DNA of 55,766 nucleotides, from assembly GCA_003564135.1 (NCBI GenBank), contig PWNZ01000145.1, positions 1 to 55,766 of the forward strand. Reading direction: 5' to 3'. Shown here piece after piece: positions 9,791 through 18,478 of the stretch. The notes below the pieces were generated by a model. The model was not told where the DNA came from and did not search any database. It saw only the letters and a list, made by a program, of their open reading frames with translations. The position numbers and the translations under genes are program-made. The stretch's first letter is position 1. Every line of letters begins with the position of its first letter. The stretch is from Candidatus Cloacimonadota bacterium. GTDB lineage: Bacteria > Cloacimonadota > Cloacimonadia > Cloacimonadales > PWNZ01.

Positions 9791-10210
9791 TTAATGATTA
9801 TCAAGCTCCCACCATTTGTTAAAGGTGGCTGTATATCTGGTTTTTAAGCTGTTTTCTTGACGATCCGGTCCGGAATAGACCAAAACAGTTACTTTTTTAT
9901 AGCTAACATCGTGACGAATAAGAGAAGGTGAGTCATCAACCTCAACTGTAGCATATAATGTTCTACCAGAGCCTTCGATAAATGTTCTTTCTCGTTCAAA
10001 AGAATCGGTTAGTGAGTTAAACCCGTTTTCGGTGATAGCACTATTGGATATTGTTTCCATTATGGACTGACCATAATTAATAGCTTCCAACTCTACTTGA
10101 TAGTCTATTGTATGGGTAGTAGCGGTTATGCGTGTCCTGTTGATTGTTACTGTGATAGTGGCAAACAATACCAACGCTAAGATCGCCATCAAGGTTTGCC
10201 CTAAATTCAT
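9791..10210 (-). CDS. Pilin-like protein (minor pilin, PilV-like position)
   Basis: MNLG-QTLMAILALVLFATITVTI N-terminal helix, EA...GQSIMETI helix, C-terminal YKKVTVLV strand typical of PilV/GspI-like pilins. Confidence 0.65.
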   Translation of the reverse strand: MNLGQTLMAILALVLFATITVTINRTRITATTHTIDYQVELEAINYGQSIMETISNSAITENGFNSLTDSFERERTFIEGSGRTLYATVEVDDSPSLIRHDVSYKKVTVLVYSGPDRQENSLKTRYTATFNKWWELDNH

Positions 10211-10248
10211 CTATCTATTAACTCCTATCATTAATTTTTACTCTGTTC

Positions 10249-10276
10249 AGTGTAACTATTCTTTACCTGATGTCAA
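10249..10276 (-). promoter_or_regulatory. Putative sigma70 promoter of the minor-pilin operon
   Basis: Minus strand TTGACA-N16-TACACT about 40-65 bp upstream of the ATG at 10210. Confidence 0.55.
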
Positions 10277-10672
10277 GAGTTATTATTGATATTTATCATA
10301 AAGGTCGATATATCATGAAGGAAAGGGTCAATAGATTTTATTAAGGACTCTCATTGACTCTACTAAAAAAGTCGAAAAGCAAAATCTTTATAGATTCGGC
10401 AGGCCTGATAAATATATCATGCTCAGTAAGAAATTGGCATATACACAACCCGAGAAGCTACCACTTTGAATACGGATAATTTGTTTGTAATCATTATTTG
10501 TGGCGATCTGTTAACAAGTAGTGTCTCAATCATTCTAAGCTTGGACCGGAATCCTGCATTTTCCATGGCAAACGGAGATTTGAGCTGGAGGAGATTTTAG
10601 GGTGGGGAAAAATCCTTTGACATAAATAGACACATTTTGCTATATCGCTTTCTAAAGAAGAAGGAGGTTGCG

Positions 10673-11794
10673 ATGCTTTTTAACCGGATAAAAGGACAGA
10701 GAGGAGCCTTGACGATACTGCGGAAAGCGGTAACTGAGGATATTCCATCTCATAGTTATCTATTTATGGGGCCTGATGGTGTAGGTAAATTTACGACAGC
10801 ACTCTATTTTGGGATGGCTTTAAACTGCTTAGATGATGACCCGCATAGCAGGCCCTGTGGTAAGTGCTCTTCTTGCAAGAAGATGTTGTCATTTTCACAT
10901 CCGGATTTTATCTATCTATTTCCAACTCCTAATTACGAGATCAGTCCGACGGGAGAAATCAAAGACGCTAAAAACCTATCAGAATATGAGAGCTACCTCA
11001 AGAACAAGAAGGTAAGTCCGTGGCGCTACTTTTATTTTCAAGGCAACACAGCTATCCGCTTGGATTGTATCAGAATGCTGCAGCATCGCATTAACCTTTC
11101 TTTTATTGAGGCTCGCTATAAAGTAGTAGTGATTGAGAAAGCTGACTACTTAAATGTTCATGCAGCCAACGCATTTTTGAAAACTTTGGAAGAGCCACCT
11201 GAAAATGTAGTAATTATTCTAACCAGTTCCCGTAATGAATCAATGCTGTCGACTATTATTTCCCGCTGCCAAAAGGTTAATTTTAACCGAATTAATCTGC
11301 AAACAATTGAAGATGAACTATTTTTCTATGGCGTTGAAGATGCTGCTCAAATAAAGATGATTGCCAGAATTGCTAACGGTAATATGGAAAAAGCACTGAA
11401 TACTTGGGAGGCTCAAAGCAGCGAAACAAGAGCCAAAATGAGAGAACTGCTGGACATCATTATCCAAGGTGATGATCTATCTTTCTTGAAATATGCAGAA
11501 CATTATAAAACCTCTAAAAGCTTGAACGAACTCTCAGAAGTTTTACATTATCTTATCGTCTGGTTAGGCGATGTGGTATTCTTTTTGGAAAGTCCAGAAG
11601 AAATAATCAATATTGATATGACGGCAGAGCTTGATAAAGTTGCAGCTAATAACCCATATCTGACGGATATGTGTCCTGAACTAATAGTTTTTTTAGAGAC
11701 TATGCTAAAACGGTTAGAAGGTAACGTCAATCCCCATCTAGTGATAATAGAGGTTTATAACCACTTAAAGCCATGTATAAGAGGCCGCATTTAA
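10673..11794 (+). CDS. holB: DNA polymerase III subunit delta'
   Basis: HSYLF.GP.GVGK, zinc motif PCGKCSSC, HPD, AANAFLKTLEEPP, TIISRC; RBS AAGGAGG before the ATG at 10673. Confidence 0.93.
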   Translation: MLFNRIKGQRGALTILRKAVTEDIPSHSYLFMGPDGVGKFTTALYFGMALNCLDDDPHSRPCGKCSSCKKMLSFSHPDFIYLFPTPNYEISPTGEIKDAKNLSEYESYLKNKKVSPWRYFYFQGNTAIRLDCIRMLQHRINLSFIEARYKVVVIEKADYLNVHAANAFLKTLEEPPENVVIILTSSRNESMLSTIISRCQKVNFNRINLQTIEDELFFYGVEDAAQIKMIARIANGNMEKALNTWEAQSSETRAKMRELLDIIIQGDDLSFLKYAEHYKTSKSLNELSEVLHYLIVWLGDVVFFLESPEEIINIDMTAELDKVAANNPYLTDMCPELIVFLETMLKRLEGNVNPHLVIIEVYNHLKPCIRGRI

Positions 11795-13290
11795 TCGTCC
11801 ATAACCTCTTCGACCCACCAGGTAAGCTTTTCTTTGATATTCTGACTTAGTCCTTGCTGTTCGTATCTAATATTTCCGTTTGTATCGATGACAATTATAA
11901 AGGGTAGCTCTTGGAAACTATACATTGATGGAATGTTGTCAACACCTCGAATAAATCGGATCTTATCAGAATAGCCCTGAGCGTTGATATGTCTCTGCAC
12001 TACTTCAGGGTATGGTTCGGCAAGACTTATTGCCAGAACTGTTATTTTTTCAGGGTTGTTATTTTTAACCCATTCATCTAATGCTTTCATCATTTCTACC
12101 GAATCATCTGACCAAGTAGCCCAGAACAGCTTAATAATTGGTTGGCTTCGGTATTCCGATAGTCGAGTTATGTTATCGTTTAGGTCTTTGAGTTCCCATC
12201 CCGGTGCCGGTCTTTCTGTTTTTTGTGCGAGAGCTTCTTTTTTTCTTTGCGGTTTGGCTTCATCCCATCTTTGCTTTGCTTTGACGATGAAGTCTTTCCA
12301 CAGTGGATGCTCTTTTAAGGGAAACCATTGCTCTTCATTATCAATACTCAGGTAATCAACATTACCGGCATCTAAGAGTTGGTTTAGATATAGGAACGCC
12401 TTTTCATAATTACCCTGATCAAGATTGGTGCTTACTAACCTTCTTTTTATGCTTACTTCATCATACAAGTCAGGATGTTGCGCTAGGAAGTTGTCAATTT
12501 CATCATAATGGCCAATAGTTCTGAGTAGCATCAGATAATAGTTGGCGTAGGTGGTTAGGCTATCTTCTCGGGTGATGTGCCCTTGTTCAATATTAGTATG
12601 CATGAACTTCGGCAGAAATGTTTTAAAAGGTTGCAATCTTTCTGATTTAATTGAAAAATCCATTATAGAAAAATAATTGACCCACTGAGCATTCATTCCT
12701 TCGGTATTCAAAAGAAATTGTTCGGCTAATTCGTAATTATCTTTCCACATTTTCATATTATATATAGTGTATAGTGAAAACTCATCTTCCGGGAATAGAT
12801 ACAACCATCGGTATAGGTGTTGACGATCTTTTCCGAATTCTTCTTCGAGCTTCTCCAAGTTAAACTCCATATCATCTTCGGGCTCATCGGGGAAAAGATA
12901 TTGGTTATAGGGAAAACTTAACAGTAAGTATCCATAGTAGTATTCCGGGTACTGCTCAATAAGCTTTCTTGCTTCCTGTAAGCGCTTAAAGGTATCGTCA
13001 ATGTATCTTGCCCACAGGTAGCGATTGTCTTTATTAGGATCTTGTTCATATCTTCTCGTAAAGTAATCTCTGCTTCGTTCCTCGTCAATTTCCATCCAGG
13101 TGTCCTGAATGTCTCTTATTACTGTCATATCATCAATTTTTTCGAGGTATTCTTTTAAGATTTCGACAACCTCTTCATCAGAAGTTGCCTCCAATAATCT
13201 ATCGCCGATTTCAGCCCTTATCGCAAAATTATCTACCGCTAATGACCAGATTAACAGGAACGAGAAGATCGTAACGATATATTTGAGCAT
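11791..13290 (-). CDS. Exported TPR-like protein with C-terminal TlpA/redoxin-fold domain lacking CXXC
   Basis: Signal-peptide-like N-terminus, helical repeats, then PAP.W.L.DL....LSEY, FWATWSDDS (canonical FWATWCxxC) and LP...VID..G.IRY. Confidence 0.75.
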   Translation of the reverse strand: MLKYIVTIFSFLLIWSLAVDNFAIRAEIGDRLLEATSDEEVVEILKEYLEKIDDMTVIRDIQDTWMEIDEERSRDYFTRRYEQDPNKDNRYLWARYIDDTFKRLQEARKLIEQYPEYYYGYLLLSFPYNQYLFPDEPEDDMEFNLEKLEEEFGKDRQHLYRWLYLFPEDEFSLYTIYNMKMWKDNYELAEQFLLNTEGMNAQWVNYFSIMDFSIKSERLQPFKTFLPKFMHTNIEQGHITREDSLTTYANYYLMLLRTIGHYDEIDNFLAQHPDLYDEVSIKRRLVSTNLDQGNYEKAFLYLNQLLDAGNVDYLSIDNEEQWFPLKEHPLWKDFIVKAKQRWDEAKPQRKKEALAQKTERPAPGWELKDLNDNITRLSEYRSQPIIKLFWATWSDDSVEMMKALDEWVKNNNPEKITVLAISLAEPYPEVVQRHINAQGYSDKIRFIRGVDNIPSMYSFQELPFIIVIDTNGNIRYEQQGLSQNIKEKLTWWVEEVMDD

Positions 13291-13583
13291 AGTTTACCTG
13301 CCTTTTCTTATATTTATTACGTGACGATCCATTGAAGAGAGTCGGTTTGTCAAGTCAAAGGTGACTCTACCTCTTTTTGCTTAACATATTTATTGTTAAT
13401 TGCTTTGTGATCGGAACGGTCTAATGATAGAGATTTATAGAGTTGTAGAAGTGGGTATTTGGTTGAACTATCAATTCATTACTATGGTTGTGGCTGAGCT
13501 CTTATAGGGTGATGATTTAAAATAACCCAACTTTAGTATTGACTATTTAGCCAGCGTATTTTTAATAAACAAAAATCAAGGAT

Positions 13584-14327
13584 GTGACGATGAAATATTA
13601 TCTGATGATTATGCTCGTCTTAACTACTTCGCTAGCGCATACCAGATTCGAAATAGATTTGGAAGCAGGAATTGCTTTTAGTGGCTATAACAACGTTCGA
13701 ATACCCAATGAGAGTAATACAAGTAGCGACAAGTTTTCTTTCACCCATGATTTAGAAACCGATCCGGTCTTTGTCAGCCGGATAAATGCTCATTATTATG
13801 TGTCCGAACAACACAGGATTTCTTTTCTCTATGCCCCTTTTTCCGTTGAACCATCGGGGAAATTTGATCGGGATATTGAATTTCGAGAAGAGATCTTTAA
13901 CCGAGATATCGATATATTGGGTACATACCGGTTCGATTCATATAGGCTTCAGTATCGCTATTATTTTAAGGATCAATCTAAACTGTATCGTGCAATCGGG
14001 CTCACGGCAAAGATTAGAGATGCCGAGATATCCTTAGCAGAGAACACAAAGAAAGCTACTAAAAAGAATACCGGGTTTGTTCCCATTATTAACTTCTTAC
14101 TGGTTCAAAACTTGTATCCCGGTATCGATCTTTTTCTTGATGGTGATGCCCTTTTTTCACCGTACGGAAGAGCTGCTGATGTCATGTTAGGTGTTAGTTT
14201 TGATTTTGACGAAAGATATTCGCTTCGTGCCGGCTATCGTGTTCTCGAAGGTGGATCAGATGTAGATGAGGTATATACTTTTGCTCTGATCAATTATGCG
14301 GTCTTGAATGTTAAGGTTAGGCTCTAA
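13584..14327 (+). CDS. Putative outer-membrane beta-barrel protein
   Basis: Signal peptide, alternating hydrophobic beta-strands, GYRVLEGG motif and terminal amphipathic strand; ATG at 13590 is an alternative start. Confidence 0.6.
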   Translation: MTMKYYLMIMLVLTTSLAHTRFEIDLEAGIAFSGYNNVRIPNESNTSSDKFSFTHDLETDPVFVSRINAHYYVSEQHRISFLYAPFSVEPSGKFDRDIEFREEIFNRDIDILGTYRFDSYRLQYRYYFKDQSKLYRAIGLTAKIRDAEISLAENTKKATKKNTGFVPIINFLLVQNLYPGIDLFLDGDALFSPYGRAADVMLGVSFDFDERYSLRAGYRVLEGGSDVDEVYTFALINYAVLNVKVRL

Positions 14328-14351
14328 GTAATAAGTGATTTAAGGTGCATA

Positions 14352-15485
14352 GTGATGCTTAAGCTCTTCAATTTTATTTGTAGTTTCAGAGCGCGATTTA
14401 TAGCGATGACGGTAATTATAGTCACCATCACCTTGCCGGTATATGCTAATATCGAAATCCAAAAACGACGCCTGGAATATATTCAACAGATGATAGACGA
14501 GAAGCTCAGTGAACTAGCTGAATCACAGCAGCATAGAGAACAGGTTACCCGTCAACTGCAGATATATAGGGAAAGAGTGGAAAGGTTTATGTATATGATA
14601 AAGGGCCTTACTGCTAAAGAGCATGACTTAGTTATGGAAATAATTGATAGGACTAACCGCAGAGATATTCTTAAATCAGATCTGACGAGCTTGATAGAGC
14701 TTTGTAATATTAAAATGGTATGCTTATATCATGCTGGTGCAGCAGAGCATGAAACATCTGAAAAGGTCATTAATGAGAGGTATCTATCTTTAATGATTAA
14801 TGCAAATAAGAGTATGATTAATTCACATAAGTCACTGCTGGAAAAAACTAAGGAGAACCTCCAACAAGACCGCGCACAAAGAAGAAACATAGAAAGTGAA
14901 AGAAATATCAGAGAACTTTCCAGCCGCTCATTGCAGCGAGAAATTAGTAATCTTTACACACTAATCGAATCCATTTCAGCTGAAGAACGGCATTATATTA
15001 CTGAAGTTCAGCAGTTAGAAAGAAATAGAATAGCTATTGAAGCTCTGATTGAACAAATTCAAACCGATGAAGAAAAGCTTAGCTTTAGGTTTACAAATGA
15101 AAAATTGTTGTGGCCAATAAAAGGGCAGGTTGAAAGCGAATTCGGACAGTCTTATGACGAAACTACCAGACTAACCCTGATAAACAATGGTATTACAATA
15201 ACCACCAATCAACAGCAAGAAGTGAAGGCTGTTGATTTTGGGATTGTTGTTTTCGCCGAATCATTTAGAAGTTATGGAAGAATGATTATCATAGATCATC
15301 TCAACGGATACTTCAGCTTATATGCAGGAAACAGTAACCTTTTAGTCGCAAAAGGGGATGATGTAGGGTTAGGGCATTCTATTGCCATAACAGGTAAAAA
15401 TAACAGCAGTGACGAAAAATACACCTTGCACTTTGAGATCCGCAGAAAGAGTCAAGCTGTTGATCCCTTAGTTTATTTGGAGTAG
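14352..15485 (+). CDS. EnvC-like murein hydrolase activator (coiled coil plus degenerate M23/LytM domain)
   Basis: Long coiled coil, then L.WP.KG....FG, NNGITI (no HxxxD), G.VVFA....YG.MIIIDH, LHFEIR and DPL.YL. Confidence 0.85.
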   Translation: MMLKLFNFICSFRARFIAMTVIIVTITLPVYANIEIQKRRLEYIQQMIDEKLSELAESQQHREQVTRQLQIYRERVERFMYMIKGLTAKEHDLVMEIIDRTNRRDILKSDLTSLIELCNIKMVCLYHAGAAEHETSEKVINERYLSLMINANKSMINSHKSLLEKTKENLQQDRAQRRNIESERNIRELSSRSLQREISNLYTLIESISAEERHYITEVQQLERNRIAIEALIEQIQTDEEKLSFRFTNEKLLWPIKGQVESEFGQSYDETTRLTLINNGITITTNQQQEVKAVDFGIVVFAESFRSYGRMIIIDHLNGYFSLYAGNSNLLVAKGDDVGLGHSIAITGKNNSSDEKYTLHFEIRRKSQAVDPLVYLE

Positions 15486-15501
15486 GTCAGAAGTTGATTA
15501 T

Positions 15502-15643
15502 TGTCATGATCTAATGCCCATAAACGGCTTATCAGGGTAAATAACCTTGTCATAATAAGGTGACTGATGATTGTATTTTGTAAAAAATAGGTGACAAATC
15601 AGGAGGTCATGATGATTTTATCCATTGGCAGGAATAACTGAGA
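15502..15643. promoter_or_regulatory. Array of imperfect TGTCA-N8-TGACA dyads, candidate enhancer (UAS) for a sigma54 activator
   Basis: 18-bp dyads at 15502 (TGTCA-N8-TGCCC), 15548 (TGTCA-N8-TGACT), 15579 (TGTAA-N8-TGACA), 15597 (AATCA-N8-TGATG) and 15626 (TGGCA-N8-TGAGA), about 190-330 bp upstream of the sigma54 box. Confidence 0.55.
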
Positions 15644-15828
15644 AAAGCTGACACCATAATTCAATAAAAAACTAAATCTAAGCCGTACATTTTTTATACT
15701 AGATACTCTTGAGTGCTATCACAAGGTAGTAATCACGGCTTGAGAGCGGGTTTAGAATGTTACTTTATCCCGACATATAGACTGTTTTTTTAAGACACCT
15801 TTTGGTTTCCATACCGGATAATCTGTTG

Positions 15829-15844
15829 TGGCACGATAGTTGCA
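15829..15844 (+). promoter_or_regulatory. sigma54 (-24/-12) promoter upstream of the pilin gene
   Basis: TGGCACGATAGTTGCA matches the TGGCACG-N4-TTGCW consensus exactly; intergenic, correctly oriented and adjacent to an NtrC-family activator. Confidence 0.85.
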
Positions 15845-16041
15845 TGGTAGTGTCTCAAAGATGTTGACAAAAATAGAAGGCTATAGAGACTGGAAATAAA
15901 GTCGCTTAGACTTAATGAAGTAAGATTGGAAAGGATATGGAAATGTCCTTTACTAACGTGGTAAACAAGGAGTTGGAATTTAAACCAACGTTTGAGACTT
16001 AACTAGTTGCATAAGCAACCGAAAAAAAAGAAGGTCTATAT

Positions 16042-16545
16042 ATGGGGCAACAACAGGTACTCTTGATAATCCTGACCGTGATAGTCATAGCTATTGCTAT
16101 AACTGTTGGTATAGGTATGTTTCAATCTAAAGCTCTATCTGCTCATCAGGATGACATAATTATGAATATAAACAACATAGTAATGCAGGCTCTTGTGTAT
16201 AAACAAACTCCTCAGTCTTTAATGGGAGGTGGCGGTACATTTTTGGGGTTTAATCCGGTTAATTCTGAAAACTCACGCGGGCATATAGGGAATCCGGACG
16301 ATAGTCCCAATCAGGGTCTCAAAATAGAAACAGCTGAAGTTAACTATTTTATAGAGATATGGCCTGGAGGAGGGTATCCTCAGAGACTGCAAATAATTGC
16401 CTCTTCAAAAAGATATGGTGAAGGAAATTCGTGGGCTAACCCGGCTAACGCCCGAATTCGTGCTTATTTTGACGATAATGGTGAACTAATTAACTTGGTA
16501 AATAATCCCAACAGGCAAGGTTTTATGATTTCCGGGAATTGGTAG
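16042..16545 (+). CDS. Atypical type IV pilin-like protein, candidate major pilin
   Basis: MG-QQQVLLIILTVIVIAIAITVGIGMF hydrophobic helix, amphipathic helix, P...GGGGTF.GF motif, 167 aa, monocistronic under a sigma54 promoter. Confidence 0.7.
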   Translation: MGQQQVLLIILTVIVIAIAITVGIGMFQSKALSAHQDDIIMNINNIVMQALVYKQTPQSLMGGGGTFLGFNPVNSENSRGHIGNPDDSPNQGLKIETAEVNYFIEIWPGGGYPQRLQIIASSKRYGEGNSWANPANARIRAYFDDNGELINLVNNPNRQGFMISGNW

Positions 16546-16576
16546 GACAAATAAGCCTAAATAATCCAGTTGATTT

Positions 16577-16770
16577 TCCCGAACACCGCTCACAAGCAAC
16601 GGGACAGCCAGAATTGTCCGGTATTTTGTAGCGATATCGCCTGTCCCTGCGGAGGGAGTGGAATGGACAGTGCAATAAGATACAAAAAAGAATTCCACAG
16701 GTTAAAAAGTCAGTGTTCCGTATATTTTAAACCTTTTGCCAGCTCTGTTTTCTGTTGCACTATCCGAGCT
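16577..16770 (-). ncRNA. Candidate structured RNA between the convergent pilin and activator genes
   Basis: Locally GC-rich; minus strand can form a GGATAGTGCAA/TTGCACTGTCC stem and a three-way junction GGGACAG[GCGATATCGC][CCGGA-CAAT-TCTGG]CTGTCCC; no recognised RNA family. Confidence 0.3.
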
Positions 16771-16795
16771 AAATGGTTGGTTATATAAAGCTGTT

Positions 16796-18187
16796 TCATT
16801 TCCTATATGTCTTGGGATCTATTACATATTTGCTAAATTTCTCGTATAGATTTTGGCGCTTAATGCCGGAAATGTCAGCAGCTTTTGTTACATCACCGTT
16901 ATGTCTTTCTAATAATTTGATCAAGTACTGTTTCTCAAAGAGGTCACGAGCCTTAAAAAAAGGCAAGTAGGTTAGTTTTTCACTGATAACTGTTTTTTCG
17001 AGATTCTGGAAGGAATTATAAATATTGACCGGCAAATCTTCAGGTACAATTGCATCAAGCTTGGAAAGAACAACAGAATGTTCGACTGCATTCTTAAGTT
17101 CGCGAACATTACCTCGCCAGTCGTAGTTTGTCATGATGGACATTGCAGCGTCAGAGAAGGTTTGTACCGGTTTTTCGTGTTTACGAGCAAATTGCTTGAG
17201 AAAGAAATTAATCAGAACCGGTATGTCTTCAGGTCTTTGTCGTAGGGGAGGGATATGAAAATGAATGACATTCAACCTGTAGTATAAATCCTCTCGGAAA
17301 TTTCCTTTTTCTACTTCAACTCCGATGTCCTTATTAGATGCAGCAATAACGCGAACGTCAACGGGAATATCATGATCGCCACCAACACGGCGCATAACAC
17401 CTTTCTCAAGGACACGAAGTATTTTAGTCTGGAAAGCCGGAGAGGTTTCGGTGATTTCATCCAAGAAAAGAGTTCCACCATTAGCTTCTTCAAAATAACC
17501 GATTTTGTCTCTGATCGCATCCGTAAAAGAACCTTTTTTGTGGCCAAAAAGTGTGCTTTCTAAGAGGTTTTCGGGCAAACTCCCGCAATGAACAATAACG
17601 AATTTGTTGTTTTTCCTTTTGCTATTACGGTAGAGGAGTTCTGCTATCAGTTCCTTACCAACACCCGTCTCGCCTGTTACCATGGCAGTAGTATCAAGTG
17701 GTGCGACTATCTTAATCTTTTCCAATATCTGCTGCAAGGCCATACTGTTCCCAATAACTTGTCCCTTTTCCATACCTGCAAGTTGATTGCGTAGCCGGGT
17801 AATTTCTTGTTTTTGCCAATGCATTTTCATGATTTTATTAATCATAATATTCAACAAATCCAGATCTTCTACCGGTTTTTCAATAAAATCTTCAGCACCC
17901 TTCTTGATTGCAGTAACAGCCATGTCTATTGTCGCCTTCCCACTGATAACTATTACAGCTACCTCCGGATGTTTCTTTTTGATTTCCGATAAAAGTTCTA
18001 ATCCTCCAACTTCCGGCATTACTAAGTCCGTCAAAGCTACATGATATTTCTCGTCATCAAGAGCTATTATGGCTTCTTTTGCAGAAGGTACAGCATTCAC
18101 TGTGTAATCTGACTGAAGGTGACGACTAAATATTTCTCTGGTATCTTCTTCATCGTCAACTATAAGAATCTTTGGTCTATCTTGCAT
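16796..18187 (-). CDS. sigma54-dependent NtrC/PilR-family response regulator
   Basis: Receiver (VDDE, TDLVMP, EKP), AAA+ GETGVGKE, GAFTGA-like loop GSFTDA, GGTLFLDEI, FREDLYYRL, WRGNVREL, C-terminal Fis-type HTH. Confidence 0.95.
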   Translation of the reverse strand: MQDRPKILIVDDEEDTREIFSRHLQSDYTVNAVPSAKEAIIALDDEKYHVALTDLVMPEVGGLELLSEIKKKHPEVAVIVISGKATIDMAVTAIKKGAEDFIEKPVEDLDLLNIMINKIMKMHWQKQEITRLRNQLAGMEKGQVIGNSMALQQILEKIKIVAPLDTTAMVTGETGVGKELIAELLYRNSKRKNNKFVIVHCGSLPENLLESTLFGHKKGSFTDAIRDKIGYFEEANGGTLFLDEITETSPAFQTKILRVLEKGVMRRVGGDHDIPVDVRVIAASNKDIGVEVEKGNFREDLYYRLNVIHFHIPPLRQRPEDIPVLINFFLKQFARKHEKPVQTFSDAAMSIMTNYDWRGNVRELKNAVEHSVVLSKLDAIVPEDLPVNIYNSFQNLEKTVISEKLTYLPFFKARDLFEKQYLIKLLERHNGDVTKAADISGIKRQNLYEKFSKYVIDPKTYRK

Positions 18188-18478
18188 CTTAAATCCTTTG
18201 TTAAGATTTTTTAATGTTGAGTAGTGTGTCTAATTTTGAACCTAAGTTAGGAACCTATATTACTATGTAAACTATGTCTTATGAAAACTACCTGTTCGAT
18301 TCATAATACCTTGCGAGATGTCAATATATTTCCGCATGAACCGAGAATAAATAACAAGCGGCGGATAATATAAAGCTGCTGAACCCAGCACTAAAAGCGC
18401 TCTGACAAGGGGGCAGCTCGCTATCTAGAAAAACCAACGACCAGATTGTATTATGTCTGATTTCTAAAGCAAACTTTT

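Noticed and set aside
15890-16025. Possible c-di-GMP-II riboswitch in the pilin leader (GGAA...TGAA...GCAACCG)
   Set aside because: The GCAC/GTGC pseudoknot pairing and the expected spacing are absent; only scattered short words match.
16486-16970. Short ORFs 16486-16698, 16570-16788 and 16773-16970
   Set aside because: Non-ATG or RBS-less starts, overlap with real genes or the structured intergenic element, no motifs.
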